Virus record (IMG/VR): IMGVR_UViG_3300009008_000022
Location: 1 to 64,000 of that record
DNA: 64,000 nucleotides
Strand: one strand, 5' to 3'
DNA from: a virus
Each line of letters opens with the position of its first letter. Within the stretch, counting starts at the first letter, position 1. Below the pieces are notes generated by a model. That model was not told the DNA's origin. It ran no database searches and saw nothing but the letters and a program-made list of their open reading frames with translations. The position numbers and the translations under genes were made by a program. Below, in pieces: positions 28,350 through 37,294 of the stretch.

Positions 28350-30406
28350 GCTGTTTTCTCCTTGGGGTCCAGGCTTAGCGCCTCCCAGATATGCGGCCCA
28401 AGCTGGCGCCGGTAGGTGCGCGCCAGGCGCGTGCACAGCCAAACCTGCCCATCGGTGAGCTTGCCGGCCGCGGCAACAGAGGCCAATTCGTGCCCGATCC
28501 GGGTGTCGATCTTGTTAAATCCGGCGCCGTCCTCGGTCTGGGCGCCGTCGCACCGGCCGGCCAGGGTCATAACAGCCTCACCGGCGGCCTGACGCTGCGC
28601 CTCAGAGGCTTTCGGGTATTGCCGGGGGCGTTGGGGCCGCTTGCGGCCAGAGGGCGACACAGGCTCGGTGATGAGGGGCGCGGCGGTGTCGTTGTCCAGG
28701 GCCTTGTCCGCCCATGCCTGTTTTTGCACCAGCGCCTTAGCCATTTTGGAGTCCAGGCTGCCGTCGAACACGAGGTGTTGCACCAGCACGGCGTTTTCCT
28801 GCCCGATGCGGTGGGCGCGGTCCTCTGCCTGGCTCATGTCGCCAGGGGTCCAGGCCAACTCGACAAACAGCACCGTGCTCGCCGCGGTGAGCGTGATCCC
28901 CACCCCGGCGGCCTTGATCTGGCCCACGAACACCCGCACGTCCGGGTCATTCTGGAACCGGTCGATTGATACCTGGCGCGCGTCCATGCCCATCCGGCCG
29001 TCCAGCTTCACGGCCTGGGCGCCGAAGTGCTCCATGAGCGCGTCGATTACGTCATGGTGGTGGGCAAAAACGATGAGCTTGTCCTCTGTCGCTTCCAGCG
29101 CGTCGTCAATGTGCCCGGTGGCCGCCTCGACCTTTGCCAGCGCCAGTTTGTGCCGCGCCTGGGAGATCTCGGTAAACGCGAGCTGCATACCGTCCTTCAA
29201 GCGCGCCACCGCGGCCTGATAGGCGTCCTCGTTACCCGCCGCCGCGGCCAGTTCCAAATCATCCCTGATTGCGTCGAGCTTATCCTCGTGGGCGGCCCAT
29301 GCGCGCTGCTCCTGCTCCACCAGGCCGGAGCTGCCATTGGGCGGCAGTTCGATAACCTGGCGGCGCTTGGGCGGCAGCTCGGTTAAAACGTCGGCTTTCA
29401 GCCGGCGCACCATGACCGTGGCGCGGAGCTTTTCTTGCAGCTCGGGCAGGTTGCTGGCGCCGTCCATGTCCCAGCCCCACCGGGTTTGCTGGGCGTTGCA
29501 GTACCGCTTGGCGAAGGTGAAGAAGTTGCGCCAGGTGTCCGGGTCCAGGGCGTTGATCAGCGGAAACATCTCTTTCGGCCGGTTGAGCATCGGCGTTCCG
29601 GTGAGCAGCACCACGCGGCCGGCGCGGTGCACCAGGCCGTCTTTCGCTGCGATCTTCTTTCGTGGCTTGGCGGTGCGGCCGAAGCAGGCGACGGTGCGCT
29701 TGGCTTCGGGATTCTTGCAGTAGTGCGCCTCGTCCATGACCAGCAAATCCCACTCGCGAGCCATGAGCGAGTCAAACACCTCGGACTTGAGCAGCCGCTC
29801 GTAGTTGACGATAACCAGGGTGGCCGCGGCCGGAACCGGCGCGGTTTCCTCCACGACGTAAGGCGCCCAATGATCATCGGTGAGCCAGCGACCCGCCTCG
29901 CGGAACCAGTTGATGCGCAGGCTGGCCGGCACCACGATCAGGGCGGTGCGCGCGTCGGGGTCCGCGTTGAGGATCCCAAGCGCCTGGATCGTCTTTCCCA
30001 GGCCCATTTCATCACCGATCAAGGTGGCGCGGCGGCCCATGGCGTAGGCGATACCAGCGCGCTGATACGGCAGGTAGTCGTAGCCCTCCGGCGCGGGAAT
30101 GTCCAAGTCGGTGGCGTCGGTGGCACGGGACGCCTCCACCGCGGCGGTGTGCTCGCCCAGGGCGGCGCGGGCACCATCGTCGGCATACTCGCTCAGGCGC
30201 GCGGCCTTGGCCGTGTCGGGGGTCCACCAGTGACCACCGGGCACGCCAGCCTCGCACGCCTTGCAGGGGTACTTTTTGCCGCGCCACTCCCGCTCGCCCG
30301 CGCAGCCCTTGGGGTGCCACCAGAAGCCGGCGTTTTTAACGGTTGCCTTTTCTTCAAAGTCGGACTCGGCGTAGAAGGCGCCGCCCTTGTGTAGTAGCAG
30401 CATCAT
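28346..30406 (-). CDS. SNF2-family (SMARCAL1/HARP-like) helicase/ATPase
   Basis: LPYQ, DEMGLGKT (Walker A), DEAH, LLTGTP, VRRLK.DVL.ELP.K, AAGVGITLT, QAEDRAHRIGQ. Confidence 0.93.
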   Translation of the reverse strand: MMLLLHKGGAFYAESDFEEKATVKNAGFWWHPKGCAGEREWRGKKYPCKACEAGVPGGHWWTPDTAKAARLSEYADDGARAALGEHTAAVEASRATDATDLDIPAPEGYDYLPYQRAGIAYAMGRRATLIGDEMGLGKTIQALGILNADPDARTALIVVPASLRINWFREAGRWLTDDHWAPYVVEETAPVPAAATLVIVNYERLLKSEVFDSLMAREWDLLVMDEAHYCKNPEAKRTVACFGRTAKPRKKIAAKDGLVHRAGRVVLLTGTPMLNRPKEMFPLINALDPDTWRNFFTFAKRYCNAQQTRWGWDMDGASNLPELQEKLRATVMVRRLKADVLTELPPKRRQVIELPPNGSSGLVEQEQRAWAAHEDKLDAIRDDLELAAAAGNEDAYQAAVARLKDGMQLAFTEISQARHKLALAKVEAATGHIDDALEATEDKLIVFAHHHDVIDALMEHFGAQAVKLDGRMGMDARQVSIDRFQNDPDVRVFVGQIKAAGVGITLTAASTVLFVELAWTPGDMSQAEDRAHRIGQENAVLVQHLVFDGSLDSKMAKALVQKQAWADKALDNDTAAPLITEPVSPSGRKRPQRPRQYPKASEAQRQAAGEAVMTLAGRCDGAQTEDGAGFNKIDTRIGHELASVAAAGKLTDGQVWLCTRLARTYRRQLGPHIWEALSLDPKEKTA

Positions 30407-30591
30407 TCCACCTCGGTCGGGTCCAGCTCGGACAGCTCGGTAACGTAGGTGTTCATGTTGCCCTGGCTCAGCTCATGGGCGAGCGCGCTTGCGTCGTCGG
30501 TGCCCATCTCCTCTAGGTGGTCCGCCAGATCCAACATGGCCGTGAGCAGCTTGTGGGCCGCGGATTGAACATCTCCGAACAGATCTTCCAT
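30403..30591 (-). CDS. Small acidic hypothetical protein
   Basis: AGGAG RBS. Confidence 0.55.
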   Translation of the reverse strand: MEDLFGDVQSAAHKLLTAMLDLADHLEEMGTDDASALAHELSQGNMNTYVTELSELDPTEVE

Positions 30592-30603
30592 GGTTCGTGT
30601 CTC

Positions 30604-30990
30604 CTAGACGTTGGGGAAGGAAAGTTGCTGTGCTCCGGCCGTGCTGCGCTTGGGGCGCTTACGCACCGCCTGGCCGCCCTTGATGGTGTGGCAGTCGCCA
30701 CAGAGCCAGTCGTCGCCCACCTTGCGCCAGTCCTCTGCATAAGCGGCATGGTCCGCCTGGCCGCAGTCGGGGCAAACGGCGTCAACCGGCGGGTAGTAGG
30801 CGGCAACTCGCCCTGGCGCGGGGTAGTAGCCGACAGAGTAAATCGACTCATCCTTGATCTCGGTGTCGCGCTGGCCGTTGGGGTGCTCCCAGATAATCGC
30901 CTGGTAGACGCGGCCGTGCACGGCGGCCTTGCCGCGGTAGACGATCTCCCGCGGTGGCCCTGGCGCTACTTCGCTGATTCGCCGGCCCAT
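30604..30990 (-). CDS. Hypothetical Zn-finger protein
   Basis: CPDC...LCGDC; C-terminal QQLSF. Confidence 0.6.
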   Translation of the reverse strand: MGRRISEVAPGPPREIVYRGKAAVHGRVYQAIIWEHPNGQRDTEIKDESIYSVGYYPAPGRVAAYYPPVDAVCPDCGQADHAAYAEDWRKVGDDWLCGDCHTIKGGQAVRKRPKRSTAGAQQLSFPNV

Positions 30991-31301
30991 TAGCGCACCA
31001 CCTTTTGAGCCCAGGCTGACAGGGGCGCGGCCGGAGCTTCGCCGCGGCGGTTGGCCTGGTAGTAGGCGCGCAGCTCAGCCTCGCGGCGCCAAACCGTGTT
31101 GCGGACGTGATCGTAGCTCTCGCCGGCCGGCTGATCTTCGGCGCCCTCGGTCCAGGCCGCGTCCCGCTTCGCGTGGCTCAGTCGGATGGTGGCGCCGTCG
31201 CCGTAGTTGGCGACCAAGCAAGCGGCGTCCTCGACGTGCTTACAGGCGGCAACATAGCGGCCTTCAGGGTTGAACACCTTGTATCTCGGAGCTGCTGCCA
31301 T
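30990..31301 (-). CDS. Hypothetical protein
   Basis: GGGAGG RBS downstream of the leftward promoter. Confidence 0.65.
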   Translation of the reverse strand: MAAAPRYKVFNPEGRYVAACKHVEDAACLVANYGDGATIRLSHAKRDAAWTEGAEDQPAGESYDHVRNTVWRREAELRAYYQANRRGEAPAAPLSAWAQKVVR

Positions 31302-31334
31302 TTTGAGCCTCCCTTGCTCTGTCCTTTCACCCAC

Positions 31335-31363
31335 AATCTAATTGCTGCATTGTGCTGTGTCAA
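31335..31363 (-). promoter_or_regulatory. Leftward sigma70 promoter
   Basis: TTGACA-17-TAGATT on the minus strand at the strand switch. Confidence 0.8.
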
Positions 31364-31377
31364 GGTGCAATGTGATG

Positions 31378-31405
31378 TTGACAGCAGCTCTGGCGTGGCT
31401 ACATT
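31378..31405 (+). promoter_or_regulatory. Rightward sigma70 promoter, back-to-back with the leftward one
   Basis: TTGACA-16-TACATT. Confidence 0.7.
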
Positions 31406-31435
31406 GTGGTTGAGGGGAAAGCCAAGGAGGCGAGG

Positions 31436-31756
31436 ATGAAAACCAAAACGGTCGGAGCAACGGATTACTACAACGCGCTGCCCAACTGGAAGCCCTGGAA
31501 AGACGGCGACGGCAACCCGGCGGCCTGGGCTGAGCTGGCCTGGAGCGGCGACGGCGAGCCCCCCGCCCTGGGCGAGCGGGTGAACATCAACTTCAACGGC
31601 CTGGGCGACGGCGAGGTGGAGGGCTACTTCGGGGAGCACGGCTTCCTCGGGGTGCTGGTCAAGCTGGACCGGCCGCCGGCCTGGTACACCCGGCAGAACG
31701 GCGCGGACGCGCCCGCTTACGCCTTCGGCGCCGAGTGCGCGCCGCCCACCAACTAG
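31436..31756 (+). CDS. Hypothetical protein
   Basis: AAGGAGG RBS; very high GC3. Confidence 0.7.
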   Translation: MKTKTVGATDYYNALPNWKPWKDGDGNPAAWAELAWSGDGEPPALGERVNINFNGLGDGEVEGYFGEHGFLGVLVKLDRPPAWYTRQNGADAPAYAFGAECAPPTN

Positions 31757-31768
31757 GGAGGTGACAAA

Positions 31769-32311
31769 GTGACCGCTTACAAGCTCGACAAGGTGCCGGA
31801 GGCCGCTTCGGTGCTCTGGATTCTCGGTGACGATCAGGACGCGGAGATCGGCGTGTGCAAGCTGGCGGCGTTCCTGGCGGACAACGAATCCATGGAGCCG
31901 GCCGAACTTTGGGCGCTGGCTTCCCTGGAGCCGGGGCAGCTCCACACCGGCGGCGGCGGCGCGGCGCCCATCTGGCGCGTGCTCCGGCTGACGGATGAGT
32001 CAGAGTGCATGGGAGTGACCACCTGGCCCACGGTGGCCCTGGTGGACGACAGCGCCGAAACGCGGTGGGTTTACCGCGGGTGGGATAGCGGCGGCGACGA
32101 CATGGAGTTTTACCAGGGCTACGGCGACCGGCTGTCTTACCCTGACTGGTCAGACGACGCGGCGGTCAAGACCTGGGCGCGCACGCTGGCCGCCCAGCTC
32201 GCCGGAGCCGGAGAGGCTATCTGGCTCGCCAAGATTAGAACCTGCCCCACTTGCGGGATGCACTACACGCCGGCCACCGGAACCTGCCCCCACGGCCAGC
32301 GCAGCAAGTAG
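31769..32311 (+). CDS. Hypothetical protein
   Basis: GGAGGTG RBS, GTG start. Confidence 0.65.
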   Translation: MTAYKLDKVPEAASVLWILGDDQDAEIGVCKLAAFLADNESMEPAELWALASLEPGQLHTGGGGAAPIWRVLRLTDESECMGVTTWPTVALVDDSAETRWVYRGWDSGGDDMEFYQGYGDRLSYPDWSDDAAVKTWARTLAAQLAGAGEAIWLAKIRTCPTCGMHYTPATGTCPHGQRSK

Positions 32312-32315
32312 CCGC

Positions 32316-32344
32316 TTGACACTCCAGATTGCATCACCTATAAA
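32316..32344 (+). promoter_or_regulatory. Sigma70 promoter
   Basis: TTGACA-17-TATAAA. Confidence 0.7.
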
Positions 32345-32352
32345 TTGAATCC

Positions 32353-32418
32353 AGGCGCGCTGGCGCGGCTACCCATTGCCCCCCCCTCGATGGACCCGCC
32401 GCCCTAGCGCGCCATTTT
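32353..32418 (+). ncRNA. Candidate small RNA or leader hairpin with a C-rich loop
   Basis: GGCGCGCTGG...CCATTG-(C7T)-CGATGG...CTAGCGCGCC followed by ATTTT, starting at the predicted transcription start. Confidence 0.35.
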
Positions 32419-32433
32419 CATAAGGGGCACGCC

Positions 32434-32901
32434 ATGACTCACATCCGAAACACAGAGCATTTGATCGCCTGGCTTGAAGCCAGCGGATACCGCAATATCG
32501 TGCTGGCGGTGGGCGACCTGTTGAACGTGCTGCCGGACTGGCAACGGATCGTCGCGGCAGAGGCCATGGGCGCGCACGCAGGCCGCTTGCCGGACGGCCC
32601 GCGGCCGGACGTTGACAGCCTGGACGGTGCCGCCCTGGGCGAGCTGCTGCGCAACCTGGCGGTGGACGGCTATCTGTGCCTGCCCGTGGATTACCTGGCC
32701 GGCCTGGACATGGATCGGCTGGCCGCGCTGCAAGAGGCGGTGTTTGCGTATCGCGAGTATCGGCAGGCCATGTTTAAGCCGACTGTTTGGGAGGTTTGCG
32801 GCTGCGACGATCCTACTCGCTGCCCCATGTGCGACGGCCGCGGAGAGGTGGAGGTTTGCGTGGAGCTGAGCGAAGCTGAGCAAGAGCTGGCCCGCGGATA
32901 A
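32434..32901 (+). CDS. Hypothetical protein with C-terminal Zn finger
   Basis: CGC...CPMCDGRG. Confidence 0.6.
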   Translation: MTHIRNTEHLIAWLEASGYRNIVLAVGDLLNVLPDWQRIVAAEAMGAHAGRLPDGPRPDVDSLDGAALGELLRNLAVDGYLCLPVDYLAGLDMDRLAALQEAVFAYREYRQAMFKPTVWEVCGCDDPTRCPMCDGRGEVEVCVELSEAEQELARG

Positions 32902-33012
32902 CTGTCCACAAGGCCGCGCATTCTAGCACTTCCCCGTCGAGAAAGCCTGTTGACAACCTGTTGACTTAAAAAAACTTGCCAACGGTTGCCAGCCTTTGCT
33001 AGTTTGGCCGGC

Positions 33013-33195
33013 ATGGCAATTTCAATCTCGTTATCCATTCCCGAAGATCTCAAAAAGAAGCTCGACGCAGCCCACGCCGCGGCGGTGAAAGACTTGCCGG
33101 ACGGCGCCACACTTTCATGGTCCGCGTTCGTGTGCTCCCACTTGCGTGACTCTCTGGGCAACGGTCACAAGGCCAAAAAACGCACCGCAAAATAG
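33013..33195 (+). CDS. Ribbon-helix-helix regulator (Cro-like position)
   Basis: ISISLSIPEDLKKKLD...LSWSAFV...L, immediately upstream of the initiator. Confidence 0.7.
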   Translation: MAISISLSIPEDLKKKLDAAHAAAVKDLPDGATLSWSAFVCSHLRDSLGNGHKAKKRTAK

Positions 33196-33204
33196 GGGGG
33201 AGTC

Positions 33205-34056
33205 ATGGCAAAGAAACGTCCGGCGTTTCAGTTCTACCCTGGCGACTGGCGGCGCGATCTGAGCTTGCAAAGCTGCTCGCTCATGGCTCGTGGGCTTTGG
33301 TTTGAGATCATGTGCCTGGCCCATGACGGCAAGCCGTATGGGCACCTGAAAGTCAACGGCCACGCGATCAAGGTGGAACAGCTCGCGCGCATGGTGGGCG
33401 AAGGGCTGGACAACGTGCGCGCCGGCCTGGCCGAGCTGGAGAATGCCGGGGTGTTTTCGCGCGCCGATGATGGAACGATCTACAGCCGGCGCATGGTGCG
33501 GGATGAGAAAACCAGGGAGGCGCGACGGCTGGCCGGCTTGAAGGGCGGCAACCCTGCTTTGCTTAACCAAGGGGATAACCCGCGGGATAAGCAATCCGTA
33601 GCAGATGCAGATGCAAATGCAGAAAGCAAGGGAGGGGGTGCAGGGGGAGGGAAGCCGAAACCCTGGGAGGATGAAGCCTGGCCCGGTCACGCGCTGGTCA
33701 AGCTCTGGTTTGAGGGACACCCGTATTTTGCCGGCAATGGGGGGCGGGTGACAGAGCCCGTGCGAAAGCGCGTGGTCAAGGCGGTGGACGGGCTGCTCCG
33801 GCTAGATGAGCGCGACCCGGAGCAAGTGTTCCTGATGTTTCGCTGGATATTCAGGGATGCGCCGCGCGGAGACTGGCAAGGGTGGGCGGCCGTCATGCGC
33901 AACCCGCAGAAGCTCCGCGAGCTGAGCAAGGACGGGATCAGTCGATATTGGGACGTGATTAAAGACCAGATGGATAACCCGCGGAAGCCGAGCGGGGGCG
34001 GCCGGCGCCACGAGCCGACCATGGAGGAACTGCGCCGTTCCTGGGAGGGTGAATGA
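33205..34056 (+). CDS. Phage replication initiator (lambda O/DUF1376-like)
   Basis: RPAFQFYPGDW..D..L..CS..ARGLW...C..H, IYSRRMVRD, G.KGGNP; low-complexity linker carrying iterons; followed by a DnaC-like gene. Confidence 0.85.
   Translation: MAKKRPAFQFYPGDWRRDLSLQSCSLMARGLWFEIMCLAHDGKPYGHLKVNGHAIKVEQLARMVGEGLDNVRAGLAELENAGVFSRADDGTIYSRRMVRDEKTREARRLAGLKGGNPALLNQGDNPRDKQSVADADANAESKGGGAGGGKPKPWEDEAWPGHALVKLWFEGHPYFAGNGGRVTEPVRKRVVKAVDGLLRLDERDPEQVFLMFRWIFRDAPRGDWQGWAAVMRNPQKLRELSKDGISRYWDVIKDQMDNPRKPSGGGRRHEPTMEELRRSWEGE
33558..33657 (+). other. Putative replication origin (iterons) inside the initiator gene
   Basis: CTTAACC/GATAACC/GATAAGC at 12-bp spacing (33562, 33574, 33586), then (GCAGAT)n and a purine-rich tract. 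Confidence 0.6.
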
Positions 34057-34826
34057 GCGACGATAAGCGCATAACGGCAGAGGAAGCGCAGCGCCAGTTA
34101 GACCAAGCCAGGGAGAACGCTGGAGTGTCTAGCGAGCCCGCGCCAATCTCCGAGCTGGTAACGCCGGACAAGGTAGGCCGCGGCCGGCCGCCGGCATTCG
34201 GGGAAGTGGTGCCGGTTTACCGCACGCGCGTTCCCTGGGAAGAAAGCGAGATCAAGCGCGCGGAGCAGAGCGGGGACGGTGACAAGATCCGCGCGGCCAA
34301 ACTGCGCACCATGATCCGCGCGAAGGGCATACCGCCGCGGCTGGCCCGCGCCCTGGTGGACGGCAAGAATGAGCACGGCGAGCCGTTAGACAAGCGCGAA
34401 CAGGACAAGCGCGTGTGGGCAGCTCTGAAAGGCGGGCGCAGTCCGATTGCCCTGTATGGTCCGCCTGGCACCGGCAAGAGCTTAACCGCGGCGCGCGTGG
34501 TGGCTAAGAATCGACGCGCGGTCTGGATTCGTGGCTACGACGTTAGCCGAGCCAAGCGGGAGGAGATCGACGCCTGGCGCGCGGCCGATATGCTGGTGAT
34601 CGATGAGATCGGCCGCGGCGCGGAGTGGGCCGGCCGGGAATCAGAGGAGCTTGTGCACCACCGCTGCGATTACATGCTGCTCACGATCCTGATAACCAAT
34701 TTCGAGCAACCAAGCGGGTGGATCATGCGACGGGCCAGGGCGTATGGGGAGCTGATCGGGTGCGATCACTTCTACTGCCCTGGAGTGACCCCAGCCGACA
34801 GAGGTAAGGGCGAGAGTAAGAAATGA
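34053..34826 (+). CDS. DnaC/IstB-like helicase loader ATPase
   Basis: GPPGTGKS, LVIDEIG, TILITN. Confidence 0.82.
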   Translation: MSDDKRITAEEAQRQLDQARENAGVSSEPAPISELVTPDKVGRGRPPAFGEVVPVYRTRVPWEESEIKRAEQSGDGDKIRAAKLRTMIRAKGIPPRLARALVDGKNEHGEPLDKREQDKRVWAALKGGRSPIALYGPPGTGKSLTAARVVAKNRRAVWIRGYDVSRAKREEIDAWRAADMLVIDEIGRGAEWAGRESEELVHHRCDYMLLTILITNFEQPSGWIMRRARAYGELIGCDHFYCPGVTPADRGKGESKK

Positions 34827-35185
34827 GCATTTACACCTACAAGGCGCAGTCAACCAGGGTGGTAGACGGCGATACGATTGATTTTAGGGTGGATCTCGGC
34901 TTTGGGGTTTACATGGCGTTGCGCGTCCGCCTCCGCGGCGTTGACACGCCAGAGCTGCGCAGCCGCAACGCCGCGGAGCGCGCCCACGCGCAAGAGGCCG
35001 CCGCCCTGGTGCGCGCCGAGCTGGACAGCCGGCCGGACGTGACGCTGAAAACCTACAAGGACCGCACCGGCAAATACGGCCGCTATCTGGCGGACGTGAT
35101 CTTCAGCAACGGTGACAGCCTGGTAGAGATGCTGATCGCAGAGGGCATGGAAAAACGCGACGTTTACCCGGAGCCCGCGGAGTGA
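34823..35185 (+). CDS. Thermonuclease (SNase-like)
   Basis: RVVDGDTI, RVRLRGVDTPE, GKYGRYLA. Confidence 0.9.
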   Translation: MSIYTYKAQSTRVVDGDTIDFRVDLGFGVYMALRVRLRGVDTPELRSRNAAERAHAQEAAALVRAELDSRPDVTLKTYKDRTGKYGRYLADVIFSNGDSLVEMLIAEGMEKRDVYPEPAE

Positions 35186-35187
35186 GT

Positions 35188-35988
35188 TTACTTGAGGTTG
35201 AGCCCCACGGCGGAAAGCCAGGTGCCGGCATGGGTCTGGACCTGGCCGCTGGCCTGATCGGGACACCGGAAGTTGATCTCCAGCGTGTCACCGTTCGATA
35301 CATAAATCGCCCGCTGCATCATGTAGGTTTCCGCCGAGCCGGCCAGCCTCATGCGCGAGAACAGATCCGGCGCAGCTCCGTTGTGAGAGATACCCATCTG
35401 GTAGTTATTTACCTGGCTGGACCCGCCGAAAAAGTGGACCGTGATCAGCGCCCAGCACGGATCTGTGCCCTGGTAGGTCAGCGTTGCGTTTTTGGTTCCG
35501 CCATGCGTGAACAGATCGCTATCCACCGCGGTGCAAACCAGGCTGCCGGAGTCGTCAAGGGCGTACCAAGTGTTTTGGGTGGTCAGGGTCAGCGACCCGT
35601 CCGTTGTGACCTGGAACGCGCCGGAGACAACCTCTTGAGCCTTGTCAATGCGCAGGAACAGATCGGTGGCGTTGAAAGCAATCCCCACCCGTTGCTGGTT
35701 TGCTGGCGCGGTGGTAGTCAGCGCGCCGGACGTGCCCAGGAAATAGTTGTCGTCAAAGGTCATGCCCGTGGAGAAACCCTCAAACAGCCCACGGGTCTGG
35801 ACCCTGCACGTTGTGGAGTCGATCACCTCGCAGACCAGGCCAAAAACCCGGTGTCCGCTGCCGGCGCTGGCCGGCGCCACCTTGCCCGCCGCCACGAGGT
35901 AAACGGCGTCCTTAACCGCAACGGCGTCGGTGTCGTTCGTGCATTGATCGATGCAAAAGCTGTTGAGCTGCTTTCTCGTGATAGCCAT
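35188..35988 (-). CDS. Putative virion decoration/fibre protein (cement-like N-domain, C1q/BclA-like jelly-roll C-domain)
   Basis: DAVYL...GKV...YFL..SG.LTT.AP....VG.A then a beta-rich domain; lone minus-strand gene; N-terminus MAITRKQLN. Confidence 0.55.
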   Translation of the reverse strand: MAITRKQLNSFCIDQCTNDTDAVAVKDAVYLVAAGKVAPASAGSGHRVFGLVCEVIDSTTCRVQTRGLFEGFSTGMTFDDNYFLGTSGALTTTAPANQQRVGIAFNATDLFLRIDKAQEVVSGAFQVTTDGSLTLTTQNTWYALDDSGSLVCTAVDSDLFTHGGTKNATLTYQGTDPCWALITVHFFGGSSQVNNYQMGISHNGAAPDLFSRMRLAGSAETYMMQRAIYVSNGDTLEINFRCPDQASGQVQTHAGTWLSAVGLNLK

Positions 35989-36005
35989 GGGCGGAATTGT
36001 ACCAG

Positions 36006-36341
36006 ATGAGGCGAGCTGCAAAAGTGGACGGGAACCAGTCGCAGATCGTGGCCGATCTCCGGCGGTGCTACCTGTCGGTGTGGCCCACGCACCAGTTAGG
36101 GAAGGGGTTTCCTGATATTGCGGTGGGCTACCAGGGCCGCAACTACCTGTTTGAGATCAAAGACCCTGCCCAGGAGCCAGCTCGACGCCGGCTTACCGAG
36201 GATGAGGCCGATTGGCACCTTGCATGGAGAGGCCAGGTGCACGTCATTGAAACGTCGCGGGACGCCATGATTATCCTGGGCATGGTGAAGGGTACGCCGG
36301 ACGATTTAGCCCGGATCAAATCGCAGCAAATTAAATCTTGA
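36006..36341 (+). CDS. VRR-NUC/PD-(D/E)xK endonuclease
   Basis: RAAKVD.NQ..IV, G.GFPD..VG....L.EIK, LT.DE..W...W.G. Confidence 0.8.
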   Translation: MRRAAKVDGNQSQIVADLRRCYLSVWPTHQLGKGFPDIAVGYQGRNYLFEIKDPAQEPARRRLTEDEADWHLAWRGQVHVIETSRDAMIILGMVKGTPDDLARIKSQQIKS

Positions 36342-36367
36342 CGCTGCAATATGCTGTGAACTATAAC
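36338..36367 (+). promoter_or_regulatory. Sigma70 promoter upstream of recT
   Basis: TTGACG-18-TATAAC with the shared spacer motif GCTGCAA-N4-CTGTGA. Confidence 0.65.
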
Positions 36368-36374
36368 CAACGGT

Positions 36375-37292
36375 ATGTCAAAGCCATGGGAGGGCATGAT
36401 GCCACCGAGGAAAAGCGCGAAGAAGGCTGTAAGCCAGGAGCTTGCGCCGCGAGAGAATCAGCAGCTTTCACAAGAACAGCGCGGTGGTTCTGCCGCGTTT
36501 ATGTCCATTCTTTCCAAGCACAAGGGGAAGATCGCAGAGGCCGCCGGCAAGTCCATGGACACCGACCGGTTGATCAAGATCGCCATGATGGCGAGCAGCC
36601 GTAACCCGCAGCTCTTGCAATGCACGCCGCTGTCCATGCTGGCCGCGGTGATCGACGCGGCGTTTCTCCAGCTTGAGCCGGTCGGCGCCCTGGCCCACGC
36701 CTACCTCGTGCCGTACCGCAATCGCAAGGCGGGAGGCTGGGAGGTACAGCTCCAGATCGGCTACAAGGGCATGATGGCCCTGGCGGTGCGGGCCGGCATT
36801 CGTACCGTGATCGCGGAGGTGATCCGTGAGGGCGAAGTGCTGGAGTACCAGATCGGCAGCGGCGCCGATGATCACTTCAAGCACGTTCCCGGCATGTACG
36901 ACAGCAACCCGCCGCCCATCATCGGCGCCTGGGCAAAGGCAATCTGGCCGGACGGAACCACTTTGCTGCGCGTGATCGACCTGGCCGAGATCAACAAGGC
37001 CAAGCAGAACAGCCAGAGCGGGCGCAAGGGTTTTGGCCCGTGGAAAGACCACTACGAGGCCATGGTGCGCAAGACCGCGGTGCGCCGCCTGTGCACGTTC
37101 CTTCCGCAAACCACCCTGGCAGCCCAGGCCGCTTCAATCGAGGAGTCCCAGGAGCAGTACGGCCGTGACCACGCCTCTTTCTCCGACCTGATCGGTGACG
37201 GCAGCAGCGTGATGGACATGGAGCCGGAGCCGGAGCCTGGCACCGATGGCGGTGAGCCGCCGCGGGAGCGCGAGCCTGGGGAGGATGGTTAG
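36375..37292 (+). CDS. recT: RecT-family single-strand annealing protein
   Basis: NPQLLQCTP.S, AYLVPY, QLQIGYKG...LA.R, PW..HYEAM.RKT.VRRL...LP. The start may be 36395. Confidence 0.92.
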   Translation: MSKPWEGMMPPRKSAKKAVSQELAPRENQQLSQEQRGGSAAFMSILSKHKGKIAEAAGKSMDTDRLIKIAMMASSRNPQLLQCTPLSMLAAVIDAAFLQLEPVGALAHAYLVPYRNRKAGGWEVQLQIGYKGMMALAVRAGIRTVIAEVIREGEVLEYQIGSGADDHFKHVPGMYDSNPPPIIGAWAKAIWPDGTTLLRVIDLAEINKAKQNSQSGRKGFGPWKDHYEAMVRKTAVRRLCTFLPQTTLAAQAASIEESQEQYGRDHASFSDLIGDGSSVMDMEPEPEPGTDGGEPPREREPGEDG

Positions 37293-37294
37293 CC

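Noticed and set aside
35182-36009. 275-aa plus-strand ORF keeping operon direction
   Set aside because: Arg-rich shadow translation; the minus-strand frame gives the protein-like sequence.
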